A stretch of DNA of 55,761 nucleotides, from IMG/VR virus record IMGVR_UViG_3300037424_001314, positions 1 through 55,761 of that record; one strand, given 5' to 3'. Under the pieces are notes generated by a model. The model was not told where the DNA came from and made no database searches. It saw nothing but the letters and a program-made list of their open reading frames with translations. This document shows positions 1 to 7,667 of the stretch, one piece after another. This stretch comes from a virus (taxonomy: Duplodnaviria; Caudoviricetes). The position numbers and the translations under genes are program-made. Numbering within the stretch: the first letter of the stretch is position 1; each line of letters begins with the position of its first letter.

Positions 1-123
1 GAAATTCTGAGTAGCCCCCTGGTACGCTATCACGTCACCGGACACTTCGGCGAGCACAGGGAAATTCTGAGTAGCCCCCTGGTACGCTCTCACGTCACCG
101 GCCTTGGCGAGCACAGGGAAATT
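1..123. repeat. Two near-identical ~57-60 bp tandem units encoding the protein repeat
   Basis: gaaattctgagtagccccctggtacgct... at 1 and 61; a third gaaatt begins at 118. Confidence 0.9.
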
Positions 124-237
124 GGCAGAGATATTTTCTGACACAACTAATTTGCCCGCCACTGAAACTAATTTCTGTAGTTTCGGATCATCGGCCTCTT
201 GCTGAGTTCTGATATACAAATCACCATGAATCTTCAT
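1..237 (-). CDS. Repeat protein with ~20-aa LRR/L-domain-like units, truncated by the window start
   Basis: Not in the ORF track. ATG at 237 with GGAGG upstream. Reads MKIHGDLYIR...NFPVLAKAGDVRAYQGATQNFPVLAEVSGDVIAYQGATQNF, open to base 1. Confidence 0.75.
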   Translation of the reverse strand, partial: MKIHGDLYIRTQQEADDPKLQKLVSVAGKLVVSENISANFPVLAKAGDVRAYQGATQNFPVLAEVSGDVIAYQGATQNF

Positions 238-238
238 A

Positions 239-559
239 TCAGTCCTCCACCGGGCGCAGCCCTTCATGGGTCTGTTCGATTTGGCGGACTACGCGGTAGG
301 TGTCTGCATCCAGGGGAGCAATCTTCACTGGGTCGGTGTCTCCGCCTTTCCCGTGGTCCTTATGGAACAATGAGCAGTTACTTCCCGCCACGAGAAACCC
401 GACAGTCTGCCCATCCACACAGGGATAGAATGCCCCTTTGTTGAAACTGTGCGGGTTGCCGCCGCTGCCGGTAAAAAGCACTTTGTTGTCCGATGGGGTG
501 AGCCCTCCGGGAAGGATCGCCCCGCCAATTAACGCTAAGTCTCCATGCCTAATGTTCAT
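239..559 (-). CDS. Conserved-type phage hypothetical protein (RHGD...H...HKDH...YRVVRQ pattern)
   Basis: ORF 239..631; the ATG at 559 (MNIRHGDLAL) avoids overlap with the upstream gene. Confidence 0.65.
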   Translation of the reverse strand: MNIRHGDLALIGGAILPGGLTPSDNKVLFTGSGGNPHSFNKGAFYPCVDGQTVGFLVAGSNCSLFHKDHGKGGDTDPVKIAPLDADTYRVVRQIEQTHEGLRPVED

Positions 560-563
560 TAGT

Positions 564-1067
564 TCAACCTTTCGGGAAAAGCGGTTCTTGTTTCGTCTCT
601 TCGAATTTAATGACCCCGTTTTCTCTGACACCGTAAATGTCGGGGCAGTCTATTTTGACCGGCTTCAGTTTGGGCGGCTCAAACTTGACCGTTACTTCCG
701 TCTTGAGCGTGTCCGGGTGGACCGTAACCGTAGTCGTTTGGCGCCGGATACGCTGGTCTGTCGGGTCTTTGCGTATGTCATCGCAGAGTGCTTGCCAAGT
801 TGTCTCCTGAGCTTCCTTGACCCCGGGTATCTTGTTCAGGTCGAATTCTGAGAGCGCTGTTTGCCCCGGCATTTCCTCTGCCACCCCAAATCCCCTCAAG
901 GATTGAAGCTCGTTGATCTGTCCATTAGGTTCGTTCATTGGTTTTGACTCTCCTTCGTATTCCGCACACGCGGGGCTGTCCTTTGATGTAGCCTCGCCCC
1001 AGGATTTACAGACCCCATCCTTGAGCTTCAGGCGCGTTCCACAGTAGAGTTGCGTTGGTCCGGCCAT
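564..1067 (-). CDS. Hypothetical protein with Cys-containing N-terminus
   Basis: 167-aa ORF with AAGGAG RBS, directly downstream of the array. Confidence 0.7.
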   Translation of the reverse strand: MAGPTQLYCGTRLKLKDGVCKSWGEATSKDSPACAEYEGESKPMNEPNGQINELQSLRGFGVAEEMPGQTALSEFDLNKIPGVKEAQETTWQALCDDIRKDPTDQRIRRQTTTVTVHPDTLKTEVTVKFEPPKLKPVKIDCPDIYGVRENGVIKFEETKQEPLFPKG

Positions 1068-1089
1068 TGTGTTCTCCTTGAATTCTCGT

Positions 1090-1240
1090 CGGCATCTCCC
1101 TGCGCCCGTGGGCTAACCGTTTTGCCCCGACTTCAGAGCGCGAACAACCTCGGCATCTCCCTGCGCCCGTGGGCTAACCTATTCTGCTTTGGCCGCGCCG
1201 TTGCTGGCAATCGGCATCTCCCTGCGCCCGTGGGCTAACC
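1090..1240 (-). CRISPR. Mini CRISPR array: 3 identical 29-nt repeats GGTTAGCCCACGGGCGCAGGGAGATGCCG and 2 unique 32-nt spacers
   Basis: Repeats at 1212-1240, 1151-1179 and 1090-1118, exact 61-nt period. Spacers ATTGCCAGCAACGGCGCGGCCAAAGCAGAATA and AGGTTGTTCGCGCTCTGAAGTCGGGGCAAAAC. Each repeat is followed by A, so 30+31 is also possible. Orientation inferred from the I-E-like 8-nt ...CCG handle. Confidence 0.88.
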
Positions 1241-1373
1241 TCTATGAAATCACGTTGGTTTTTCTTGAAAATGCCTTCCATGTATTAACCCACAGGTTTA
1301 AGAAGGTTGCAGTCAAAGCGTGCCCTAATGAGCTACTTTAGCGACTGCCCACTGTGCCTCAGTGGTTTAATTG
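1241..1373 (-). ncRNA. Putative tracrRNA/omegaRNA-like scaffold or structured leader
   Basis: Stems at 1349-1354/1360-1365, 1309-1314/1343-1348 and 1332-1342. Segments 1285-1296 and 1267-1275 are complementary to the repeat allowing G:U pairs. Confidence 0.55.
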
Positions 1374-2591
1374 TTAACCGAAAGCTCTTGCCTTGATGTT
1401 CATGGCGCTATTGAGCGTCCTATCCTTGACCATCCCGCAGGCAGGACATTCGTAAACGCGAACCTCTAGCGGAATCTCTTTCTGGGCCCCGCACTGGCTA
1501 CAGGTCATAGTTGTTTTGGGAGCGGGAACCTGAATAAACTCTCTCCCGTGATCCTCACATTGAGATTCAAGCCTGAAGTGGAATTGGCGCCAAGCAGCAT
1601 CGTGTATTTTTTTGGGTAGTTTGGGGTAATCTCCACCCTTAGACGCCATCCCCTTAATGTTCAACTTCTCGGCAGCGATACGGTCATATCGAGAAGCGTA
1701 TTCATGAGCAGTCTTGCAGATAAAATCCTGTCGTCTGTTGGCTATCTTCTCGTGTAGGCGAGCAACCTCTAGCCTGCATTGCTCGCGTCGTTTCGATCCC
1801 TTCTGTGCTCTCGACAGTTTCCGTTGTAGGACCCGTAGGCGTTTTTGCTCCTGCTCAAAGAATTTCGGATTCTCAGTCCTGTTCCCCTCTGAATCCATAG
1901 AGAAATGGGTTATTCCTACATCTATCCCCACTGTCTTGTTCGTGGGTTCAAGGGGATGTGTCGGGACGTCTTTGCAACTGAAGACTACAAACCATCTCCC
2001 CGAACGTTCCTTTTTTATTGTGGTGGTGCAAACCTGGAAATTTTCACCGTTTCGAGACGCCTGAGGAACCAGGTTGACGACGCTATTGATGGTAAGGAAT
2101 AACCGCCTGCTATCATACATTTTGAAACGGCCCACGTGATCGACTTCAATGTATTTGCCATTGATTCTCCAGCCAGATGAATTTGGGAATGTAAACGACG
2201 TGTAATATTGGTAACCCCGAAACTTCGGGAACCCAGAGGAGGCCCCCGCTCCAGACTTTGCTCTGCGAAAAAACGCTTTGAATGCTAGATCAAGACGTTT
2301 CAGTACGTCTTTAAGAACCTGAGAGCCCACCAAAGCGTATTCAGGAAATTCTTTCTTGAGTTCTACAAGTTGCTTTGCCTGGTCGTATTCGTTGACACCT
2401 CGTTTGGGCATATAGCCAGGTCCGTACGTTGTAGTGTCAACACAGTCCCGTTTCCCAAAGCCCTTGTTGTACGCATCTATCCTCTGCTCAAGAGCACAGT
2501 TATAGAGCCGCTGACAGAGAGAGAACCATTCGAGTGCTTTTGACTCTGTGTCTTTATTGATCGTGGCCCTGAACTTGAAAGTCCTTCTCAT
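1374..2591 (-). CDS. tnpB: TnpB/Cas12f-like RNA-guided protein with probably inactive RuvC-III
   Basis: IS605 OrfB-type N-terminus (TFKFR...LYNCAL), GFPKFR, RuvC-I GIDVG (D224), RuvC-II AAEKL (E308), zinc finger CSQC/CPAC, RuvC-III DRTLNSAMNI (T392 in place of D). No tnpA nearby. Confidence 0.92.
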   Translation of the reverse strand: MRRTFKFRATINKDTESKALEWFSLCQRLYNCALEQRIDAYNKGFGKRDCVDTTTYGPGYMPKRGVNEYDQAKQLVELKKEFPEYALVGSQVLKDVLKRLDLAFKAFFRRAKSGAGASSGFPKFRGYQYYTSFTFPNSSGWRINGKYIEVDHVGRFKMYDSRRLFLTINSVVNLVPQASRNGENFQVCTTTIKKERSGRWFVVFSCKDVPTHPLEPTNKTVGIDVGITHFSMDSEGNRTENPKFFEQEQKRLRVLQRKLSRAQKGSKRREQCRLEVARLHEKIANRRQDFICKTAHEYASRYDRIAAEKLNIKGMASKGGDYPKLPKKIHDAAWRQFHFRLESQCEDHGREFIQVPAPKTTMTCSQCGAQKEIPLEVRVYECPACGMVKDRTLNSAMNIKARAFG

Positions 2592-2600
2592 GCCTAAACC

Positions 2601-2738
2601 TCATGCCTTGGGGTATCCATATTTTGGCGTTCGGTAGTATTGAAGCTCGCCGCCCTTGTAGCGAAAACCGGCTGGGCACCCGTAGCAGCCGGCAGAATTC
2701 GTGCAGACGAAGCACATCACCTCACCCGAGTCGCCCAT
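2601..2738 (-). CDS. 45-aa Cys-rich hypothetical protein
   Basis: MGDSGEVMCFVCTNSAGCYGCPAGFRY...; AGGTGG RBS; ends 9 nt before the tnpB start. Confidence 0.5.
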   Translation of the reverse strand: MGDSGEVMCFVCTNSAGCYGCPAGFRYKGGELQYYRTPKYGYPKA

Positions 2739-2744
2739 TGCCAC

Positions 2745-2873
2745 CTAAGCTGCTACTAAAGACAAAAATTCCGGTTTTGCGTCCTGATTGAGCAGAGAAG
2801 CCGGAGTCTCCTCGAAATCGTCGGGTCTCTCTTGCTCCATGATTTGAAGCATCTGCATCTGCATTCCAGCCAT
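2745..2873 (-). CDS. 42-aa hypothetical protein
   Basis: MAGMQMQMLQIMEQERPDDF...; ATG overlaps the upstream stop (TAATG). Confidence 0.45.
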   Translation of the reverse strand: MAGMQMQMLQIMEQERPDDFEETPASLLNQDAKPEFLSLVAA

Positions 2874-3151
2874 TATCTCACCGCCTTAAATCTCGGGGGC
2901 CTGCCGGGTAGACGATTGGGCTCAATCTTCTCCCCTTGTTCTGCCACGTCCTCCGTAGCTTCGTGCTCGTGTTGTTTCAGGAAGCGCTCCAGGCTCTCCC
3001 TGTCTATGAGCCACAGGGCATTAACTGTGCCAGGTAGTTTCGAGTAGGTGACAAACCCCTTGGCGCACCATCTTCTCAGTGTATCCGGTGACAGCTTCAG
3101 CTCTTTTGCCACGACTTTCAGAGCCTCGTATTGGGCCATCGTTGACCTCAT
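2873..3151 (-). CDS. MerR-type/excisionase-like HTH DNA-binding protein
   Basis: VAKELKLSPDTLRRWCAKG...WLIDRESLERFL. Confidence 0.8.
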   Translation of the reverse strand: MRSTMAQYEALKVVAKELKLSPDTLRRWCAKGFVTYSKLPGTVNALWLIDRESLERFLKQHEHEATEDVAEQGEKIEPNRLPGRPPRFKAVR

Positions 3152-3370
3152 TCTTTTGCTTTTTGTTTTGATGCTCGGTATTCAGACCGCCGAGCAACGG
3201 GAGGGGGAGTTAATCAAACCTGCAATCAGACACACCAGTCAGGAGGTTGCAGCCCGCTAGGGGGCTGGATAGTTTCTCTCTTGAGTCGTGCCGGATGCCT
3301 GGGGTCACGCTCGTCCGGCGCGAGGATAGGTAAGAAGGAGGTCGTCATGGAGTGCCGCTTATGGGACTCG

Positions 3371-4222
3371 TCAGTTTTCGGTCGGATCTTCTGTTATCAA
3401 TTTTTGCCTAATATGTTTGATGGTTGGTCGCTGAATGTTCTGTAATATTGACGAGGAGAAGTTGCTTTCCCAGGGATCAACTAGGCCGTTGCGAGTTCCT
3501 CTAATTAATTTATTCCGACCATCGTTGCTAGCATCAACGTGTGTCGTAAGGGCTGCTCGTCCAGCCTCGTCGATACTCTTTGTTGAGATAAGCAACTGGA
3601 GGTAGTCTTTGCCACACACAGGGGCCAACAATCTCATGCCGTAGGCAATATGTGTTTGGTTGTCGTCTAATTGCTTACGCCGCCTGCGTTTGCTTGGGTC
3701 GGGGTTGCCAATCAACTTCCCTACGTTGGCATTAACCGAGACGATGCGGAACGTTACAGAGTGAAAATCCGATGGATTCTTCAGCCCAACGTCTCTGAGT
3801 AAATCTCGGGCCGAGGTTTCTTCCGTTACCCCAGAGAGAGAAGATTCGGGATTGAGTTGCTGAATCCCGGTTAAACACTCGCGGATGACCCCGTGGTTGA
3901 AGGCATCCATCATCGACGATTTATCAACAGACCGATACTCTTTGTTGAGCATTCTTTCATAGTGCAGGCGACCAGGATGATCTTTAGAGGCGCCTTTCAC
4001 GAGATCTGCCAACGCGTCATATTTATCCCTATTGTATTCATAAATGTATGGCTTCAGTTCACGCCACTGAGGCGTGAAAAAGGGACTGGGGACGGGGAAG
4101 CCAAAATGTTTGTCTCTACACAGTTTATAAAACCCAAAAAGCCTATCATACAGACCAGTTGTGACCAAGATACGATAGTGTATCAGCCCAACATTAAGCC
4201 CGGCATAACTAACCCCGTTCAT
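3371..4222 (-). CDS. Hypothetical protein coupled to the ParB-like gene
   Basis: ORF 3371..4264; ATG at 4222 follows GGAGG and overlaps the end of the upstream gene. Confidence 0.7.
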   Translation of the reverse strand: MNGVSYAGLNVGLIHYRILVTTGLYDRLFGFYKLCRDKHFGFPVPSPFFTPQWRELKPYIYEYNRDKYDALADLVKGASKDHPGRLHYERMLNKEYRSVDKSSMMDAFNHGVIRECLTGIQQLNPESSLSGVTEETSARDLLRDVGLKNPSDFHSVTFRIVSVNANVGKLIGNPDPSKRRRRKQLDDNQTHIAYGMRLLAPVCGKDYLQLLISTKSIDEAGRAALTTHVDASNDGRNKLIRGTRNGLVDPWESNFSSSILQNIQRPTIKHIRQKLITEDPTEN

Positions 4223-5729
4223 TACCGCCTCCGATAATCCCCCTGCTCTGGAAACTGTTTTCAACCTGTCTCAGTTGGTCTGCTATGCCGCTAAGGACTG
4301 AATAGATTCGCTTAAATTCCGGCTTTTCCATGATGTCCCAATACTGTTTGGCGTTTGCGACTCCGATCATGTGAATGAATTCGTCTCCGAATCTGTTGAA
4401 TACCTTGATCCATCCGTTGATGTCTTGAAGTTGAGCTGACTTCTCTCTCTGGGCATCAATGCGTTTCTTCTCTTCCTCAAGTTCGGTCTGCTTCCTCTTC
4501 AGGTCATCCTTTTGCTTGGCGAGCTGCTGTTTAATGTGGTCAAGCTCCTCACGTTCGCGGGCGATGGTGTCGTAAGCGTCGTTCAGTTCTTCCTCTTGCT
4601 CCGCGTTCTTCTCGGCCTGGATTTCAACACGGAGTTGCTCAGTCATCTCGGCCCGGATCTTTTCGGCCACCTCAAGCTCAACCTGCTCCCGAAGGTTAAC
4701 GATCTGATTTTCTAGGTTGGTTACTTGTCCTTCATAGAGGTTGCGGTCCTCCATGAGTTCCTGAATCTCGCGTTGAAGTTCGGCCTTCTCGTCCCCGGCG
4801 TTCTCGATCTGATTGCGGATTTTGGATATTTCAGCGGTGGCGGCCTTGACCTTCTCTTCGTATTCGGCCTTCAGTTTTTCAGCCTGTTTGGTTGCCTGTT
4901 CTTGAAGCCGCTTGGTCTCGGCCTGAAGCTGTTCCTTCGCTTGTCGGACCTCGGCGTTCTTCTCGTTGAGCTTCTTGTTCCAGTTGATAAGCTCTTGTGC
5001 GGCAATCTCTTTCAGGCGAGCGGCCTGTTGAGCTTCTTTAATGGCGACGCGGCGCTCTGCTGAGTGAGTAGGTAGGTCTTCCTTACTCAATTCCCCGGAG
5101 ACCAGCTTGTCGATGCAGGCCGTCACTTCGGAGTAGTCGTAAACGCGCTCGTTTCCGTTATCTGGGTTGCGAGAGGTTTCAATGCGGAGGGGGAGGAGAA
5201 AACGAATAGCGTCATCCATAGAAACATTATGTTGCAACATAACGTTTTCGATCCCAGGTATAGACCCTACAGCTATACGTCCGAGCACGTCTGTCTGTTG
5301 CTTCAGCCCGAACACTTTCGCAATCTGCTTCCACTCTTTCCCTTCCGCCCTCATCCTCGCGAAGCACACGCACTCAGCTTGCCAGTTGAAGGAGCGCAAC
5401 TTGTTCTCGGAAAGGTTGCGGCCCCATACCCCGTAGTCTGATTGGTCGTAAATGATGATTGCAGGGATATCGGTCCAGTGTTGGGTTGCCTTATTAGATC
5501 GAGCGTCAGACCAAAGCTTTTCATAGGCACGGAGACGCCCGGCGCCCGCGACTACCTCAAACTTGCCTGTATCTCCATTGACATCATGAAGAGGCCGGAC
5601 GGTTATCGGATTGATGAGTCCGAACTCCTTGATATTCGCTGCGAGGGTTGCAACATTCTCTTGCGAATGTGGATTCGGGTTATCAGGATTTGGTCTGATC
5701 TTTTCGATGGGTAGGAGTGTGATTTTCAT
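4209..5729 (-). CDS. ParB/Srx N-terminal domain protein with long coiled coil
   Basis: IRPNPDNPN...IKEFGLINPITVRP...VVAGAGRLRAY...SEN; E/K/Q-rich helical C-terminal half. Confidence 0.85.
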   Translation of the reverse strand: MKITLLPIEKIRPNPDNPNPHSQENVATLAANIKEFGLINPITVRPLHDVNGDTGKFEVVAGAGRLRAYEKLWSDARSNKATQHWTDIPAIIIYDQSDYGVWGRNLSENKLRSFNWQAECVCFARMRAEGKEWKQIAKVFGLKQQTDVLGRIAVGSIPGIENVMLQHNVSMDDAIRFLLPLRIETSRNPDNGNERVYDYSEVTACIDKLVSGELSKEDLPTHSAERRVAIKEAQQAARLKEIAAQELINWNKKLNEKNAEVRQAKEQLQAETKRLQEQATKQAEKLKAEYEEKVKAATAEISKIRNQIENAGDEKAELQREIQELMEDRNLYEGQVTNLENQIVNLREQVELEVAEKIRAEMTEQLRVEIQAEKNAEQEEELNDAYDTIAREREELDHIKQQLAKQKDDLKRKQTELEEEKKRIDAQREKSAQLQDINGWIKVFNRFGDEFIHMIGVANAKQYWDIMEKPEFKRIYSVLSGIADQLRQVENSFQSRGIIGGGNERG

Positions 5730-5741
5730 TATGATGGCTCC

Positions 5742-6557
5742 CTATTGGACGGGGAATGTTTCGGTATTCTGGGCTTTCGGAAGACACTTCGTCGGTAACA
5801 ATCTAAGCGTCTGCTGTACCGTCGGGTTCTCGCCCAGCCACGCCTTGAATGCTTCACGGAGGAACTGATCGTTCTCGGGACAGGGCTCGATAACACAGTC
5901 GGGCATCTTCTTTTGCTTGCGGCGGTCCCTGATGGAGAGCAGTCCCCCGCGGAGAGCGGCGTGTCGTTTTGATGCGTACCAGTCGAACGAGCCACCACTG
6001 TTGAATCTCGGGGGCAGTCGATCCTTGTGGACGAGAACCTTGAGTCTCTGTGTTGGCGTAGGCCAGAAGGAATTGTCGGTCTGAGCGGGAATGAAGGTCT
6101 GGGCTCTCCACTCATCCGTGGCGCTCATGCGCTTCATGAGGTTGTTCAGCATGTTCCCCTGAAGCATGACCGTCTCGTTGAGCTGGTTCAGGATTTGGGT
6201 GAGGACCGGCGAGTTATACTGACCTGTGATCATGACCTCATACAAAACCGTCTCTGCCCAATCTCTAAACTCGCCGGCATGCGGGGCGTCGCTTCTCATG
6301 CAAACCCGGATTACTCCGCGGTGTGACAAAACAACCGTTTTTTGGACGCCGCCAAGCGTCTCCAAAGGGAGCAACCTGAAGTGGCTACCTTCGCGAAGCT
6401 CTCCATTGGCGGTCAATTCGGCAATCAACTTCCGACATGCCCACGCCTTTTTGTACCCAAGTCCAGACGAAAGAGCGTTGGCAGTTATCCATTTCTGTCC
6501 ATCAGCCTCAACGATTCTGAAGTCGGTATTTTGGAATCTCATGGTCAAGGCGTTCAT
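5742..6557 (-). CDS. BRO-N domain antirepressor-like protein
   Basis: FRIVEADGQKWITANALSSGLGY...TLGGVQKTVVLSHRGV...MRSDAPHAGEFRDWAETVL; located just after cro. Confidence 0.85.
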   Translation of the reverse strand: MNALTMRFQNTDFRIVEADGQKWITANALSSGLGYKKAWACRKLIAELTANGELREGSHFRLLPLETLGGVQKTVVLSHRGVIRVCMRSDAPHAGEFRDWAETVLYEVMITGQYNSPVLTQILNQLNETVMLQGNMLNNLMKRMSATDEWRAQTFIPAQTDNSFWPTPTQRLKVLVHKDRLPPRFNSGGSFDWYASKRHAALRGGLLSIRDRRKQKKMPDCVIEPCPENDQFLREAFKAWLGENPTVQQTLRLLPTKCLPKAQNTETFPVQ

Positions 6558-6571
6558 GTTGTCTTCCCCCT

Positions 6572-6820
6572 TTATCCGTTTGAGCATTTCTGCTCGTGTT
6601 CGCGGTCATGGTCGGCCAGGAATTCCTCAAAAAGCACACCGGGCCTCATGTTAAGCCCACAAGCAGCCTTCGCTATAGACAGAGCGTCGGGAATTTGATG
6701 TGTCCAGTTCCTAAGAGTAGTCCGCGCCACCCCTGCCCGAATCGCGACGTCTTTCTCTTTTTCCCCAGGAGCAGCGCTATTCATAACAACATCATAAAAG
6801 GACATACCTAGAGCCCTCAA
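6572..6820 (-). CDS. Cro-like HTH regulator
   Basis: EKDVAIRAGVARTTLRNW helix-turn-helix; divergent from the CI-like gene. Confidence 0.75.
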   Translation of the reverse strand: MRALGMSFYDVVMNSAAPGEKEKDVAIRAGVARTTLRNWTHQIPDALSIAKAACGLNMRPGVLFEEFLADHDREHEQKCSNG

Positions 6821-6827
6821 TTTCTAG

Positions 6828-6935
6828 TTGACAATCCCCCATAATTCCGTATACGGTATAAAGTATCGGAAGCGGGACCTGTGGTTTTTGACTGCGTTTT
6901 GTCCGGTATACCGGATACGTTTTCCGGTGTCAAGG
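6828..6935. promoter_or_regulatory. Lysis/lysogeny switch region with palindromic operators
   Basis: CCGTATACGG (6847-6856) and TCCGGTATACCGGA (6902-6915); TTGACA at 6828 (+) and TTGACA on the minus strand near 6928-6933. Confidence 0.65.
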
Positions 6936-6983
6936 ATATTTTTTGAGCAGGGCGGTCTTATTTTTGATTAGGAGCAATATCAC

Positions 6984-7346
6984 ATGGTTGACAACATTGA
7001 AGACTCTGGTGAATTCATGGCAATAGACCTGGAACGAGGCAAACGGTTAAGAAAACTCATGTCAGACTTGGGACTCCCCGATGCTCAAAACGAAGCCGCA
7101 TTAAAGCTCGGGATAGAAGCAAATCGTCTGAGCGAGGCATTGAATGGTGCAAACATAACGATGAAAAATCTAGCTAAGCTCAACGATAGACTTGAAAAAG
7201 CGGGGGCATCTGGAAGACAAATTTATTGTTGGCAATCTGGACGGGATGTCCCGGACAAAAGAGACTCCCCTACAAACCCTCTTGGGTTAAGAAGGGGGGA
7301 CCCTAAAAAGCGGCCTCCCGAAAAAAGGAAGAAACTGACCCCTTAA
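6984..7346 (+). CDS. CI-like repressor (XRE HTH)
   Basis: GKRLRKLM...QNEAALKLGIEANRLSEALNG; divergent arrangement upstream of the integrase. Confidence 0.75.
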   Translation: MVDNIEDSGEFMAIDLERGKRLRKLMSDLGLPDAQNEAALKLGIEANRLSEALNGANITMKNLAKLNDRLEKAGASGRQIYCWQSGRDVPDKRDSPTNPLGLRRGDPKKRPPEKRKKLTP

Positions 7347-7667
7347 ACCGGGGGGCGCGTGGGGCGGCGCGCTTCCGTAACGGAGTGGCCCGGTGGTTGG
7401 TGCCAATCAGCCTCGGGCTGCTTCTTGCAAGCTCATCAGCGGCTTTCCGATTGTACGGTATAATGCTCGGCGTGCTCAAAGGCAACTTCTCAAGCTTATG
7501 ATTCAATCAACCCACTACCAAAAATGAGAACACCTCTTTTTATCAACAGCTTTCAACGGGACCGATGGACCACACGGTGGATCGTGAGCGCGTTGTCCAT
7601 CTTTTTGGCTCTGGCATTCCTGCTCTTTAACCGGTAAAATAGGAGAAAATACTACAAGGGGGACATT

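Noticed and set aside
1-123. Second CRISPR array
   Set aside because: Units are near-identical along their whole length with no unique spacers, and they encode an in-frame protein repeat.
848-870. Self-target of the second spacer (shares TTTGCCCCG and AGAGCGC)
   Set aside because: The short matches are in the wrong order and are compatible with chance.
1050-1238. 62-aa ORF across the array
   Set aside because: It is a translation of repeats and spacers.
1374-3151. Active IS200/IS605 or IS607 insertion sequence
   Set aside because: No Y1 or serine transposase, no evident IS ends, and the gene is integrated into the phage operon.
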